This document shows, piece by piece, positions 41,143 to 53,476 of a stretch of DNA of 64,000 nt. A program made the translations under genes and the position numbers. Source of the stretch: Macrostomum lignano. Taxonomy: Eukaryota. Location of the stretch: assembly GCA_002269645.1 (NCBI GenBank), contig NIVC01000976.1, positions 310,001 to 374,000 of the forward strand, read 5' to 3'. The stretch's first letter is position 1; each line of letters starts with the position of its first letter. The notes under the pieces were generated by a model. It was not told the DNA's origin. It was given only the letters and a program-made list of their open reading frames with translations, and made no database searches.

Positions 41143-42655
41143 ACCCTCACGAAAAATGTTAGTTATTTTTTGCAATATTGTTGCTATATTTTTTCAATTA
41201 TGCATATTTATACGATATTTATATTTATGAATTATAGTCAACATATTTCCGTGTTTTTACGATTGTAAAAATAAGTGCAAAGATTTGCAAGTCAAAATAT
41301 GAATACATAGATGAAGAGAGTTCTGTGCAATGCAGTCATCCGAAAGGATTTTCGGGCTCAGCTGGGTCTAGAATTCATCCCTACTGATTGCTCTGTTGAT
41401 CCCAGTTTCTCCAGCATAGTAAGGACACTCCTAAATCATGGCCACGCCGGGCCCAGCACCCATAATCAACACACTGACGATCCGCGTGAGCTGCATCTCG
41501 AGCTCAGTTCGTCAGCGCGCACCCACCGGTTGTCAGAGCGGGTTTGTCTTGGCCGACCAGTGCCATTAGTTATGCGGCTTCAACTGCGGCAGATGGGATG
41601 GGGAGGGGGAAATGATAGGCCAAATCGAAGGTCCAAAGGAAATCCTGACAGCGGAGCCTGTCAGAACAAATGAGGATTTCTGTATGGTGCACTTCTAGAG
41701 AGTTTCTCCAGGCGACTCACTGAAAGATTGGCAATTCTATCGCAGGTGCGATGCGTGAAAGTTAATAAAGTGGCCGGCTGACGGAACCTGTTCCCGCCTC
41801 CATCAGGACGGATGCCGAATCCCCGGGATTTCGGCAGCTGATTTTTCCTCCCACCAGGAAATGATTGTTTGCATTTGGGACCAGCGACCTCCCCTTGCAA
41901 AGAGAGGGCGGAGCAAGAAAGAGAGAAAACAGAGACGAAGGCAGCCCATGGGCCAGGGGCCAAGGGAAAGAGCAACACCAGACTCTGGCGCTGCTGCTGG
42001 AGAGGCTGCAGAACTGAAGGCTTTTGTATGGTCTGCGTGTCCCTCCGCATCCCTCGCCGGGCCCTCTGGGCGTGAAAACCGACTACGTTTTATATGCCGC
42101 TCGCTGTTTCGTAATATTTGCATTGCAAGACTGACTGTGCAGCGCAGCTTATTGACCGCCTTCCCCAAATACTCTTCTCGATAGCTGAAAGTCCGCTCCG
42201 CTCTAACGCGGGCAGCCGCCTCGGCCTCACGCTCGCAACTCTCGATCGCCTAGATCCGTTGCTTTTAGCAAAGAAATTCTCAGCAAACCAACGGTTCTGG
42301 GCTCTGGTTAAGCGCTACTGCTATGATGGTCAGTATCGGTTGCAGTTATCTGTGTGAGGGATTTACCTTCCTCTCACCGGAGGACATCCACACAGCAGAA
42401 GACTTGATCCTTTCGAGCCCTCTCTGTCAGATTCCTGTTCATGCAGTCACATTTGTTGGGCTTGACGGAGGCAGACAAGTTTTTTTAAACATGAAGCACA
42501 AACCGCTAAGCTTTTTGATCTTCCATACTTTTTGCGCTTCGTTGCTTCGTTTGTAGAAGGGTCCAGGCTACACTTAACGTGGCAGACATTCAGGCATTGC
42601 AAAAACACACGCCATTCCTACTGAACGAAAACAAATAAGCCTTATTTGTTCCTAC

Positions 42656-42867
42656 CGTCAGGGGGTTTCCAAGAGGGCACTCGTTGCCATCTCTTCGACC
42701 GCCTCCAAGTCCGCCTCCGCCCCCTTCAACGTGGCACCGCAGATCCGCGTCCAAAAATTCAGCCCTATGGAAGCTGGGGCTGCCGCTTTCGGGGCAAACA
42801 ACGGCAGCGGTAACGCCAGGGCAGATCAGGTGACGGCGGAGCGCCAGGTGCGATCTGGCAAACTGAT
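42656..42867 (-). CDS. EVA-1/EVA1C-like receptor exon (first half of first SUEL-like domain); upstream signal-peptide exon not identified
   Basis: TTTTCAG|AT..LICPGVTAAVVCPESGSPSFHRAEF..LRC..NECPLGNPLT|GTAGG; phase 0 out joins VLQSRC. Confidence 0.7.
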
Positions 42868-45800
42868 CTGAAAACAGGTGGTTGCGTTTGTGTTCGAAAA
42901 TTTTCATCAGCAATGGGATTGAAATTTAACAATAAAGTATACGCCTACTGCGTTCAGGATGCAGAGCTCTCTTTACTACTAGTCTGTGGGGGGGGGCAAG
43001 ACACTGTTTCAAAGACCTTAAGAAAGACCCACGACTGCTTCACCCCTTTACCTGGCCACTTCAACACTTTTCTTCCATTGTTGTGGTGGTGTCAAGTTCA
43101 ACGATCCATGAAAAAGTGTGGAAGATAGAAAGAAGTGAGGTGCTCTTAATGCTGTAGTCAAATAAACAATTGAAATTTCCACTGCTCCATCGATGCATGC
43201 AGCTGAACCGAAAATCGCGTTGTGTTTCACACTGCAGAGCTCATGACTCATCGCTCAGACTAGCCTTCCCCAACTTCTGGCACTTACTGTTTTTTATACG
43301 AACATGTTTAAGCAACTCTCTGATCAAGTCTATACCTGTGCTTGCCTCCTTAAGTATATTTTCTTATGCTCCTTATTCTGGAGCTTTGAGCCGGGGGCTT
43401 CTTGTGTTCCTTGAATAAAATGTGGGGGCGCTGATGCTCCCTGCATATAAAACATGATAAACTGCTTCATATTTATTTAAATAAATCATAAATAAAGCTC
43501 CCCAACCTGCTTTGATTCCGTTTTCGGTGCGCGCTCGTAAATGCCTTTCGTTAAATTTGAGTTGGGCTTCAGTTTTTTTGATGCTACATTTTTTCTGAAA
43601 TTATCTGTGCATGACCCGGGCACACCTCTCACTTTCTGTCGGCGGCGCCGATCTCCACGGAAATAATCCAATCAAGCCGACAATTTTCTCTTACTTTGCC
43701 AGATTAGAGCGAGCACCAAAGCCGCCAAGGAAGTGAAACCAGTTCGAAACTGGGCAGAAAGGAGCGAGTAGAATACCAAATCTGAGACTTGTCTACGATC
43801 CACCCTCCAAATTCACTCTGGGAGACACTCCGATATCTAACTGGGAAAATAGCTCTCATGCTGCCAAATAAGATCTTCGCTTCAATTCCTGTCTGCCCTG
43901 GCACTGCTCGGCCACGTCTCCCTCTCTCTCTCTATATTTTTTTTGTTTTTTGCCTATCACACAACTGACCCTGCAGGGGGGTAGGTCACTTGCTCCGAAC
44001 GATTGAGCTGAGACTGGAGCTGGAAAATAAGGATTTCTCTATCTGAGCATGGGGCTGCGTCAGCCTGCCCGCGGCCATGATACTCGGGGAGAATCGCTGA
44101 TTAAAATCGATCCTATCAAAGCGGCTGCGGTCGTCCCCGCGGCCTGTCGAGCCCCGGAGGCTGCGCCGATGAGGGCAGAGTGGAATTGGTAGATTCTAGT
44201 CGGAATTATGACGACTGTCTGTCGTCTTACAGACCTGCCGCGTTTCTGATTGGCTGCTAGAGTCAATTTTTATTCCGGATCAATTTAATGGCCGCTTCGT
44301 TGCCGTCAAGGTGGCTCTGGTGTTTTGAATTCCATTGACACGAACTCGATTTTAGGACTGTTTCTTGAAATTTTGCAGCTTGTGTAGCAAATAATGATGA
44401 ATAACATGAGTGGGGGTGTCGGGTCGCCTGTGTGTTGAGAGATATTTACGATAAGTACGGTTACTTTTCGCAGGAACTGCACAAAGGCGTTTTACACTCT
44501 CGGTACATTCATATGAAAGCTGGAAACTCAATTCGAAATTTAGAGCTTATAAAGGTTCGACCCTTTGAAGAGTGCAGTCTTCGGCGATGTGAAATGTCGA
44601 GCTTGTGAAAGAGACCCGGTACAGCTGGCAGTTGCGAATGCACGGCAGTTTACCGATTTGAATTGCATGACGTGTGCGTAATTTTTTCGCCGCTTTATTC
44701 TTTAGTTGTGATTGGATGAGTCATAAAAGCCTATGAATACAATGTCTTAGATGCAATTACACAAGGCCCATTCAACATTCCGACGTACGGCGACGTATCC
44801 GACTTACCTGACGTCGGTGGACGTCAACTGGCAAAAATGATTTTTACCCAAAACTAACCATTTTCCAGCATCGTCGATAGACGTCGCAAACGTCGTCGCA
44901 AACATCCATCCATCGACTTGTCTTCCTAATTGCACAGGTTATCACAATAGCAGAGGCTAGAAACAGGACGTTCGGGGAAATTAAATACTCTGAGACTTTT
45001 TAGTGCTTAATAATACATTTAAGAGCCTGCGCGCTGGTTCCTGTGCGGACGACTTTTGCGCCCTCTAAATTATCATCCCATTTCTTATTTAATTGCGTTT
45101 CAGTCCACATCGACAGACCTCCATAGATGTTTCAGTAATTAATATAAATTAGATGCCTCAGATGTGTCTGTCTACTTGGCAAAGAAACTGTATTGAATCT
45201 TTCCAAATGTCAGACGGCAATGCCCCTCAAAAATGACTCACGCCCTTGAAATCAGGGCCCGGTAACCGGAGCCTTCGAGCCTGGCGCATAAAGGTGTCTC
45301 GTCATGTGAAACATCAAACTGCCAATCATAATTATCTCCCTGACCCGACCAGCAAGCGGCCTGCTACTCGGGCAACACCTATCTGGGCGTGAAGCTGTCA
45401 ATTTTATCCGGGCAAAGAGCCCCTCGGACGCCAAATTGCGATGCCTGGCCTTTTTCCGGTTCCTTTTAATCAGCCGCGCTAGAGAGAAAAAGAAATTGAT
45501 GAGCTGAGTGAGCCGTCTGTCCCCTGTTCTTTTGAGTTCAATGGCTTCCGACACCCGGTTAGAGAGACCAAATTTGTGGAGACCAAGTAGAATTGGCACC
45601 CTGTATGCGTCAGATATCCAAATTTATCTTAAACTTTGCTTCATCTATAAGCAAGATCATTATCGGATCGGCCCCATTCCTTCAAGAATTAAGTTCCGCT
45701 ATTTTACCAATCCATCGTTAATTGCCCGCACATGCTGTCCAACCAACTCCGGGAGCCGTTCGGCTGTCACCGTTCCCCAACTTAGCCGGCCGTCATTATT

Positions 45801-48760
45801 TTCACACACGCTACGAGTATATTGACCAGCGGGTTGCCTCATCAGCCCAGAATTCAAGTCGGAACGCCACCCCCCTCCCAGATTCCAGCCGTGACGGCGG
45901 CTGCGCTGTTCCCCAACTGTTTATTCTATAAACAAGACCGCCGGCTCGTAAATCCTCTTCCAGACTTGAACCGCGCTTCTTACTTTCTTCTCTCTTTTCT
46001 TTATTACCCCCGGTAACTTCGTGGTTTACTATTTTTTTCTGTCAGATTTTAAATTTGACAGTCTGCGTCAACGCGATGATGGGAAAATTTGAGGAAGGAA
46101 GAATGCAGAGCCGTGAGGCAAGGACGGTAGACTAACGTGAAGCGGTCGGGAAAATTTCTCGGGGTCATGCGCCTCAGAGCGAGCTACCTGATACACAATG
46201 AAATTTCAATCTCAGCTGATTTCTTTTCAGCAGCCAGCGGCCTCGCCACTGCCGAGAAGACTTTCGGCCAAACGATAGTTGACTCTGCGATACAGTCGCA
46301 ATCTTTGTCCTTAGAATTGACCTCAAATCAAAACGCAACTTTTGATCACACGAAAAAGCACTATGAGGTCTGCGAACAGGCCTTCAGTCACGCACCTTGA
46401 GCGGGTTTGGAAAGTCCCGAGGCGATCATTTCGGTCGGAAGGGCAGAATGCAGGAAACAGCGCGCGAGATGCGGCGAGTAAAAGAGAAGTCACAAGGCTT
46501 GGCTTCCGAAAACTAGAATTAGAAAGAGTTACACTGAAAGAAAAGTAAGTTTCCTGACAATTCAGTCAAGTCAAGAAGAGAAAATCCTGTGAACCATACG
46601 CGCTGAATTGAAATGATAGAGGGAATAACTTTGGGCTTGCGATCTTACGAGTAAATGAGGTCGCTTAATATTACAATCTTAAGTATCAATCCTAATTTCC
46701 ATAAAAGACTGGTCAACCTTGACAAACTCACCTTCCATAGCCAACTGGCTGACTCGATCAATGGTAATCTTGGTCGGTCTCCGGTAACTCGTGCAGCTCG
46801 GGCCATAGACGGCCAGCTGCGCGGCAACCATGAACAGCAGTGCCGACCGCATTTCCCTCTTGCTTCAAGTCTCCAAATCTTGTCAGAAGTGAAAGATCTG
46901 CACCGAATTTTTATTACTATAAAACAATTCAGTTTCCAAGGCTAAACTTTCACCCGCTTGGCACCAGAAAGCATGCCAATCGCCTCGGGTGGAGCCGTGC
47001 AGCCGTCTACAGCAGTGGGTGTAGGAGCACGGACTGTCGACTTAGCGAGTTGGCAATATCAGATAGGTTCAGATATTGATTGTCTGATTCTGTATTGTTC
47101 ACTCGGTCCACGCAGTAGTAGCGACTAAGTGCTTTACCATTTGGTCTCAGTGAGTATAATTTGCTTTCCTCTCTCTCCAATATAGCGGATTCGCTGGAGT
47201 GCTCAGAGCCTCGCAGAGCAGTTGCAGTAGTTCAGACAGGGGCTGTTTAAAATTGAAGGCAAGCGCAGGGAAAAGGCATGCTCGTGCTACTGTTGTAGTA
47301 AATAGTTAAGGGGTGGGCCTTTTAAAGTCTGAGGAGTAAAGGCAGAGCCACTGGGCCAATCAGCAGCGCTGTAGACTGCCCACCGCGGTTCCACTGCATG
47401 AATTTCGCCCTGAGAAGCTCATGCCAAGGGAGCACGAATGAAACGGGAGAAGCGCCCCTCCAGGCAGTCTTCCAAGGCAATCCGAACTCGCCGGCAACCC
47501 GCCAATCTGCTCACAAACTGTGTGGCTGCCAATACCCTTGGGCCGTTCACTCCAGTGCATTTCCTTGGCTGGTTTCTGCAATTTACTACAAACAAGGGCT
47601 GAGACCGATCCAGTTCACAACTGCCACTCGTTTGCAGTTCTGCCACCGCTTTGTGCTCAGCTGGTTGATTGACACGCAGATAGAAAGAGGCCAGTGCACT
47701 CTGCAGCATCACTAATTCGAGCTTAGTGTAACATTCGGTGATATGGTTCAGTATTTGCTGAAACCATCTGGAAAATGGCCACTCGACACTGATATGCGAA
47801 GCTAAAAATTCAACTCGAAGCCATAGCTTGAAAATTAAATCTATTGAATTGAAATGAAGTTAAATTTTCTTTGCGTCCAATACATTCTTTGCAGGGGTAG
47901 CTGTTTTTCTTACAGTATCAGCACCACTAACAGGTTCACTGCCATGACTGGACAAAGTTTCCAATTCCATCATCCTCCTTCTCTGTGATCATTTGTGAGT
48001 CACTGGTATCCTCAATAACGTAAGTTATGGAATACGATTTGCCCTTTAAAGATTTCTCATTCGCATTCGGGTTTCTAGCCTAAATTACGTACCCTTAAAT
48101 GAACTACTCGTATTATAGCTTAAAGAGCACTTCGAGATATTCAATAGAAAGCCCCAGGCCGTGACACCTCACCTTTCTTCTTCAGTTTAGACTCGTATTG
48201 CATTCAAGGACACCAAGACTGCACTTGATTCAACCATACGGGCGTAATCCTGAATTATTACTTGACAGATTTGTAGCGAATTTGTTCACCAACAGTGTGT
48301 TTCTAGCTCTTTTGAGTGAATGAAAATCTAATTTTATTCTAAAAAGCTACAGACTTTACTGGCAGTAGAGCAAAAAGACAATTTTTAATATATAGAGCTA
48401 AAGTGAAAAGTTGATTTCAATGATTTAATGCATTTTAGCAGATTTTGAATCTTATTGGCAACGAAGAATCGTAATGTTGAATCGGCTTTCATAATTTTAA
48501 AACGAATGAAAAGTACAAAAATTATTGATTCATGTAGGCAATTTGATGGAGGAATATTGACAATTGTACTGCTATAACGCGATATGGCGAATTCCATACA
48601 AAATTTGGGATTGCTTTCGGTACTTTATGAATACCGAACAGAACTGCATGGGTTTCTTTTTGTCGTGAACAATGGCTAACTGGCTGCGATGTAGCCTTTA
48701 CTGGCGCACCTGGCAGAGAGGCAAAACAGCTTCCAGCGTGAATCTTGCCAGCTAAAAATA

Positions 48761-50296
48761 TCAGTCTTCACTCTCCGTAGGAGAGCCAGTCACAGAAGCT
48801 TCAGTGAAGCCACCGTCCTCAAAGTGCGGATTCCACACTGCGTCTTGCATATCGATTTCGCCATCGCCAGTTCTAGCAGTGCTGTACATGATTGGCTGTT
48901 GCGAGTGGCTGCGTCTCAGCTGACCCCGCCTTGTTACCAGGAAGATTCCCACCGACAAACCGACTAACAGAAGGACGACGAAACCGGCAATGATGAGCCC
49001 CACTGCCATTGAACTCGGGGCTGAGGGCTTTGCCTGCCTTTCGGAACGCCTACCGGGCTCAGTAAAAGTGGAGGACACTGGCTTCGAAGTCATGGTAGTT
49101 GTCAAAGTCGGTTTCAAAAGTTTCGTAGTCTCTGATGGCCGTTGACGCGTTGTGGCAGAAGTTGTGGTGCTTGAAGCTGGGTGGCTTGACGCTGTCACAG
49201 AAATTGTTGTTTTTTCGCTTGTTTTTGTAGTTGTCATGATCACAATAGCCTTGTTTGTCGTACTCGGTGTCGTACTCGGTGTCGTGCTCGGTGTCGTACT
49301 CGGTGTCGTACTCGGTGTCGTACTCGATGTCGTACTCGGTGTACCTTTTGTACTTCTTGTCATCGCTGAAATCGTTGACGTCCGCAGGACGCCGGCAGTG
49401 CCCGTACAGACGGTGCTCTCTCCCAGAAGACGGTCGCATTTGACAGTCTGAGGTGCCTGTCGGAGCCAGATCAGCCTGAGATTCAGCCGGCGCGAGGCAA
49501 AGTGCGAACAGGTGAGGTTAGCTCCTGCCGCGACCGTTATGTCTCTAAGTCTGCGCAGGCCGCAGAAAGTTTTGTCAGAAATCTTTAGCTGCTCCACCAT
49601 GATAGTGCGAAGGTTGATCGTTTCAAGGAGTGGAGAGGCAGAGAACGAGTCGGCATCCAGCTGTACGAACTTGTTGTTAGTCAGTTCCAGAATGCGCAGA
49701 GCAGACAGACCGCGCAGCAGCGATCCGTCCAGGCGGTTTAATTGCAGTCTGGTTATGCTCAATCGCTCAAGGTCACGCAGCTCAGCAAACGTTCCAGGCT
49801 CCACCTCCGAAACTTGGGGTGTTTCCAGCTGTAGGTTTTGCAAACGAGCGAGCCGCGAGCTGAACACTCTGGCGGGAACCCTGCTGCCCGCCAGACGAAC
49901 CTGCAGAGTCAGGCGGCGCCGAACGCCAGCCAGCGAGTCCAGACTGCCTGGCTGGAGGCTGCACTCGCCGGAGCCCGGAGTGAGTTCCAGTCGAAGACCC
50001 CATGGCAGGAAAAAGCAGGACATAAGACCGCTTAGACTGGCGATGGAAAAGTCTGCGTCCGAGTTGGCCGCCAGGCTGAGTCGAATGAGAGTCGGATCGA
50101 CGTCTGGTTGAGGCTGCACAAAGTAGGCAATATTATCGTCGCTCCCGCCACCTTTCGCACTGCAGTTGATGATTCGGGACACCATCGGGCACAGCAGGCG
50201 GTTTTGAGCTTGATCGCACAGCGAACCAGCTGCCTTTGATGCCGCGACCACCAGGTAGACAACAAGGCATTTTAGAAAACTGTGACTGATAGCCAT
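48761..50296 (-). CDS. Intronless type I membrane protein: signal peptide, leucine-rich repeats, Thr/Ser/Pro mucin-like stalk, TM and short tail (511 aa)
   Basis: LRR-like LQNLQLE..EVEPGTFAELRDLERLSI, LRGLSALRILELTNNKF and FCGLRRLRDI; (TTPS)n stalk; TM VGLIIAGFVVLLLVGLSVGIFLV. Confidence 0.88.
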   Translation of the reverse strand: MAISHSFLKCLVVYLVVAASKAAGSLCDQAQNRLLCPMVSRIINCSAKGGGSDDNIAYFVQPQPDVDPTLIRLSLAANSDADFSIASLSGLMSCFFLPWGLRLELTPGSGECSLQPGSLDSLAGVRRRLTLQVRLAGSRVPARVFSSRLARLQNLQLETPQVSEVEPGTFAELRDLERLSITRLQLNRLDGSLLRGLSALRILELTNNKFVQLDADSFSASPLLETINLRTIMVEQLKISDKTFCGLRRLRDITVAAGANLTCSHFASRRLNLRLIWLRQAPQTVKCDRLLGESTVCTGTAGVLRTSTISAMTRSTKGTPSTTSSTTPSTTPSTTPSTTPSTTPSTTNKAIVIMTTTKTSEKTTISVTASSHPASSTTTSATTRQRPSETTKLLKPTLTTTMTSKPVSSTFTEPGRRSERQAKPSAPSSMAVGLIIAGFVVLLLVGLSVGIFLVTRRGQLRRSHSQQPIMYSTARTGDGEIDMQDAVWNPHFEDGGFTEASVTGSPTESED

Positions 50297-50714
50297 GGCT
50301 CAGAGAATTCAGCTTTCTGAGTTTTGCTTGGCTCTACCACAGAAACTCGGTATTTAAAGGACGTTTGCATTGGTTGATACAAATATTTCTGTATGCAAGT
50401 TGACAATATTTTATCAAGATATCGCCCTGTGATATGACATCCATTCCATACGGTCAGCTATCTCAGTGACGCCAGGCATATCGCAGCAGTTGCCTTATCA
50501 GGCTTTGAAAAGTTTTCGTCAACCATCAGGGCGTTTCCGGTTGTGCAACCAGCTGACCAACCGACGTTTCCGGTGCAGCACTTGGCAATTAATTTTGAGC
50601 GTTTTGAATGTGCTTCAGAGGTCACAGATAGATAGAAGAAAAATTCACAGTTATGCAAATTTTTACCTGAACTGTGAAATACTAAAGATGCCAATACTTA
50701 ACAGTATTGGTTTC

Positions 50715-51152
50715 GTCAGCCTAACTGAGAATAAAGCCATCCAAAGTGAGAATCCTGCCTACGCTGACTGCGAAGGGCCTGGCTGCGTGCAGCCTTAGTC
50801 TATGGGCCATAGACAATAAAGGACAAGCAAAGTGATAAAAAGCCATCCAATGTGAGAATCCTGCCTACGCTGAATACGAAGGGCTTAGCTGCGTCCAGCC
50901 TAGTCTATGAGCCATAGACTATAAAGGATAAGCTAGGATTGGCTAGTCATATGGCTCAGAAGCTCAGAAGGTATAAAAATAAAAGAATACGACGCATAGA
51001 CCAATCGATTCTCACATTGGATGGCTTTTTATCACTTTGCTTGTCCTTTATTGTCTATGGCCCATAGACTAAGGCTGCACGCAGCCAGGCCCTTCGCAGT
51101 CAGCGTAGGCAGGATTCTCATTTTGGATGGCTTTATTCTCAGTTAGGCTGAC
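50715..51152. mobile_element. Foldback-like element with about 145-bp near-perfect inverted arms
   Basis: 50715-50860 is the reverse complement of about 51007-51152. The left side also carries a second diverged tandem copy of the approximately 107-bp subunit. Confidence 0.8.
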
Positions 51153-51692
51153 AAAAGCAATACTAAAGAAGAGGGGTAGTGAATTAGAGACTTGACAGAT
51201 TAGTGAGTTCAGACTTAACATTTAAAACAGTTAGATACATAAATAATATATTTCGACACTCATCTCTTAGATTTTGCATTTGGAATCGAAATGAATGTAT
51301 TATAATAAAATAATCTTGAATATATCAGCAATAGAATGCGTATAACACAGAGCACTCAAAGTTAAAACATGATTGAAATTTCTTTACAGACAGACGTAAC
51401 AGAAATTACTTTAGACATTAATTTCAAACAGAAAAAGAGACAACCGGCAGGTGCAAAAAAGCATTCAAAGTTTGCTTTGCATCCAAAGTTATATCATCTG
51501 CGATTCGCAGTAAATGAATAAATCAGCAACCTGTTAATCAGTTGTCAAGCGTTGTTGACTGAAGAACGCAACAATACGCGACCCGCATTACGCCAAAGCA
51601 AATAGAAAAGCAAACTGAATCCTTTTTCGCATTACAGTATGGTGTGTAACTATACGTGCACTTGTGTAGCCAATTAAGGTTTTTAAGTGTTT

Positions 51693-51734
51693 TTTAAGTT
51701 TAAGTTTAAGTTTAAGTTTAAGTTTAAGTTTAAG
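51693..51734. repeat. (TTTAAG)7 microsatellite
   Basis: Direct reading. Confidence 0.9.
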
Positions 51735-52288
51735 GTTTTTAAGTCGGTTTTTAAATCTGTGCATTTTAATTGCACAGATATATATGTACGTGTATGACGA
51801 GTAAATCATGGGTGAAGCCATGGACAACAGAAGCAAAAGAGATGCTAAACTCGATTTCTTAGAAATTAGCTAAAGGCCGGTGAGAAACGTGCACTTATTG
51901 CACCGCTAGTGCATCCAGTATGTTCTAGAGAATGTATAGCTTTGAATGGGTCTTCGCCATAGACAAAATCCACGCTGTAAAATCTTCAATACGAGTATAT
52001 GAGCTAGATTCTCTTCGGAATAAACGTTCCTGATCGACCTCCAGGCTCATTTTCAAGAACCCAGCTTAGAATCCTTTCCACATCAGCTGTCCATGAGAGA
52101 AGCACGAACAAAGTTTTTAAACCATTAAAGCGTTGGAGGAATCGGTTCTTAGGAACAGAATGTAGTATACAAACTTGAAAAATAATGATCAATCATCTAT
52201 ACTAGTTGAAGGATTAGCTGTTTATTTTATTAAGTCTAGAGAAATCACTACGTGACAGCTACCATCAGCTTGACCTCCTCTAGGAATC

Positions 52289-53476
52289 TCATTTCGCAAC
52301 TGCAGTAGAGGCAGTGGCCTGCATGGACTTGTAGTAGGCCCAGTAGACCGTGTTGAACAGCAGGAACGCTGCCGGGAAAATTCTCTTGGACAGAAAGTCG
52401 ACAAACTCGGCGTCGCTCTTCACGCACGGCTGCTGCGATGTGTGGCAGAGTTTTCCCAGGCTCAGCCAGTGCGAGATTGAGGCTTTGTGACGAAACAGCC
52501 AGCCAAGATCCTCCGCTGCGGGCCGTTCGTTGCTGGTCTCATTCTCGGCAATAATTCCAGTAGATTCCATGGTGCCCTCGTTGTTGTTGCTTGCGCTGGT
52601 GCTGTTGGTTCCATTGCTGCTGCTGCTGCTGGCGACTCGAGGTTTCTGTGACTCAGGCTTGCGGCTGTCGGCTTCGTTTGCTTGCAAGGCATCAGCGTCG
52701 CTGGGTGCGGCGGCTTTTCTCGTGGCCAGTTGATTTGCATTCTGAAAAATAGGCCAGTGACAAGAAAAGGAAGCTTGTAGCCCTCACGCGCAAACCGGTT
52801 GCATAATCCCCATTACGGCCAATAACTAAAATTAAAAAGGAGTAGAAAGGAAATAGCAAAGCCGCGGAAGACAATTGCTTTAACACCGCTGATGGCCTGT
52901 TCCCTAGCTATCCAGTAGAAAGTGTCCTCCGCTATGATCGCCTGAGTTTCAGAGTAAAAACACTCTCTTATTGTCACTTTTGCTAGCTAGAAAAGCGTTC
53001 TTGCGTAACGCCAAATAACAACGCTGTCTGAGTGCAAAACGAGCATTTCAAGCCGATGGCTGGAGTCGGGCTAAGAAAGCGCATATTTAGCGGCATGCGT
53101 GCGTGTGTGCACCTGCAGAAAAAACTCGCTCAGTTCAGACGAGCAGTTTACAAAAAAAACAAGCAACACAAAAGCAGCGATTAAAGACAGGGAACTGCCT
53201 CGATATGGAGTGTGAACGAAACAGAAGAATCACATAGAACGAGGCCAAAGCGCTACTGGAGCAAAAACCGCAATAATTTGTCTCACCTTGAAGGCGTTGG
53301 CCACGCTCAGCAATTTCTTAGGCCGCTGCCATCTTTCAGCAGTTCGCAGCATCGCAGACTTCCGCTGAACAACGTTCACCACGGCGTACTCGATCAGCGC
53401 CAGGAAGACGAACGACAGGCAGCCAGTCAGCCAGACGTCAATGCCTTTGATGTAGGAGACCCGCGGCATGCCGGAT
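52289..53476 (-). CDS. Anion-selective Cys-loop ligand-gated ion channel, exons 6-7 (53476-53287, 52741-52289)
   Basis: SGMPRVSYIKGIDVWLTGCLSFVFLALIEYAVVN (M2-M3 loop and M3); VDFLSKRIFPAAFLLFNTVYWAYY (M4). Junctions are phase-consistent. Confidence 0.93.

Noticed and set aside
47300-47715. Possible decayed paralogue of the LRR gene N-terminus
   Set aside because: Only a vague resemblance (EIHAVEP versus VSEVEP) and an in-frame stop; it needs an alignment I cannot run.
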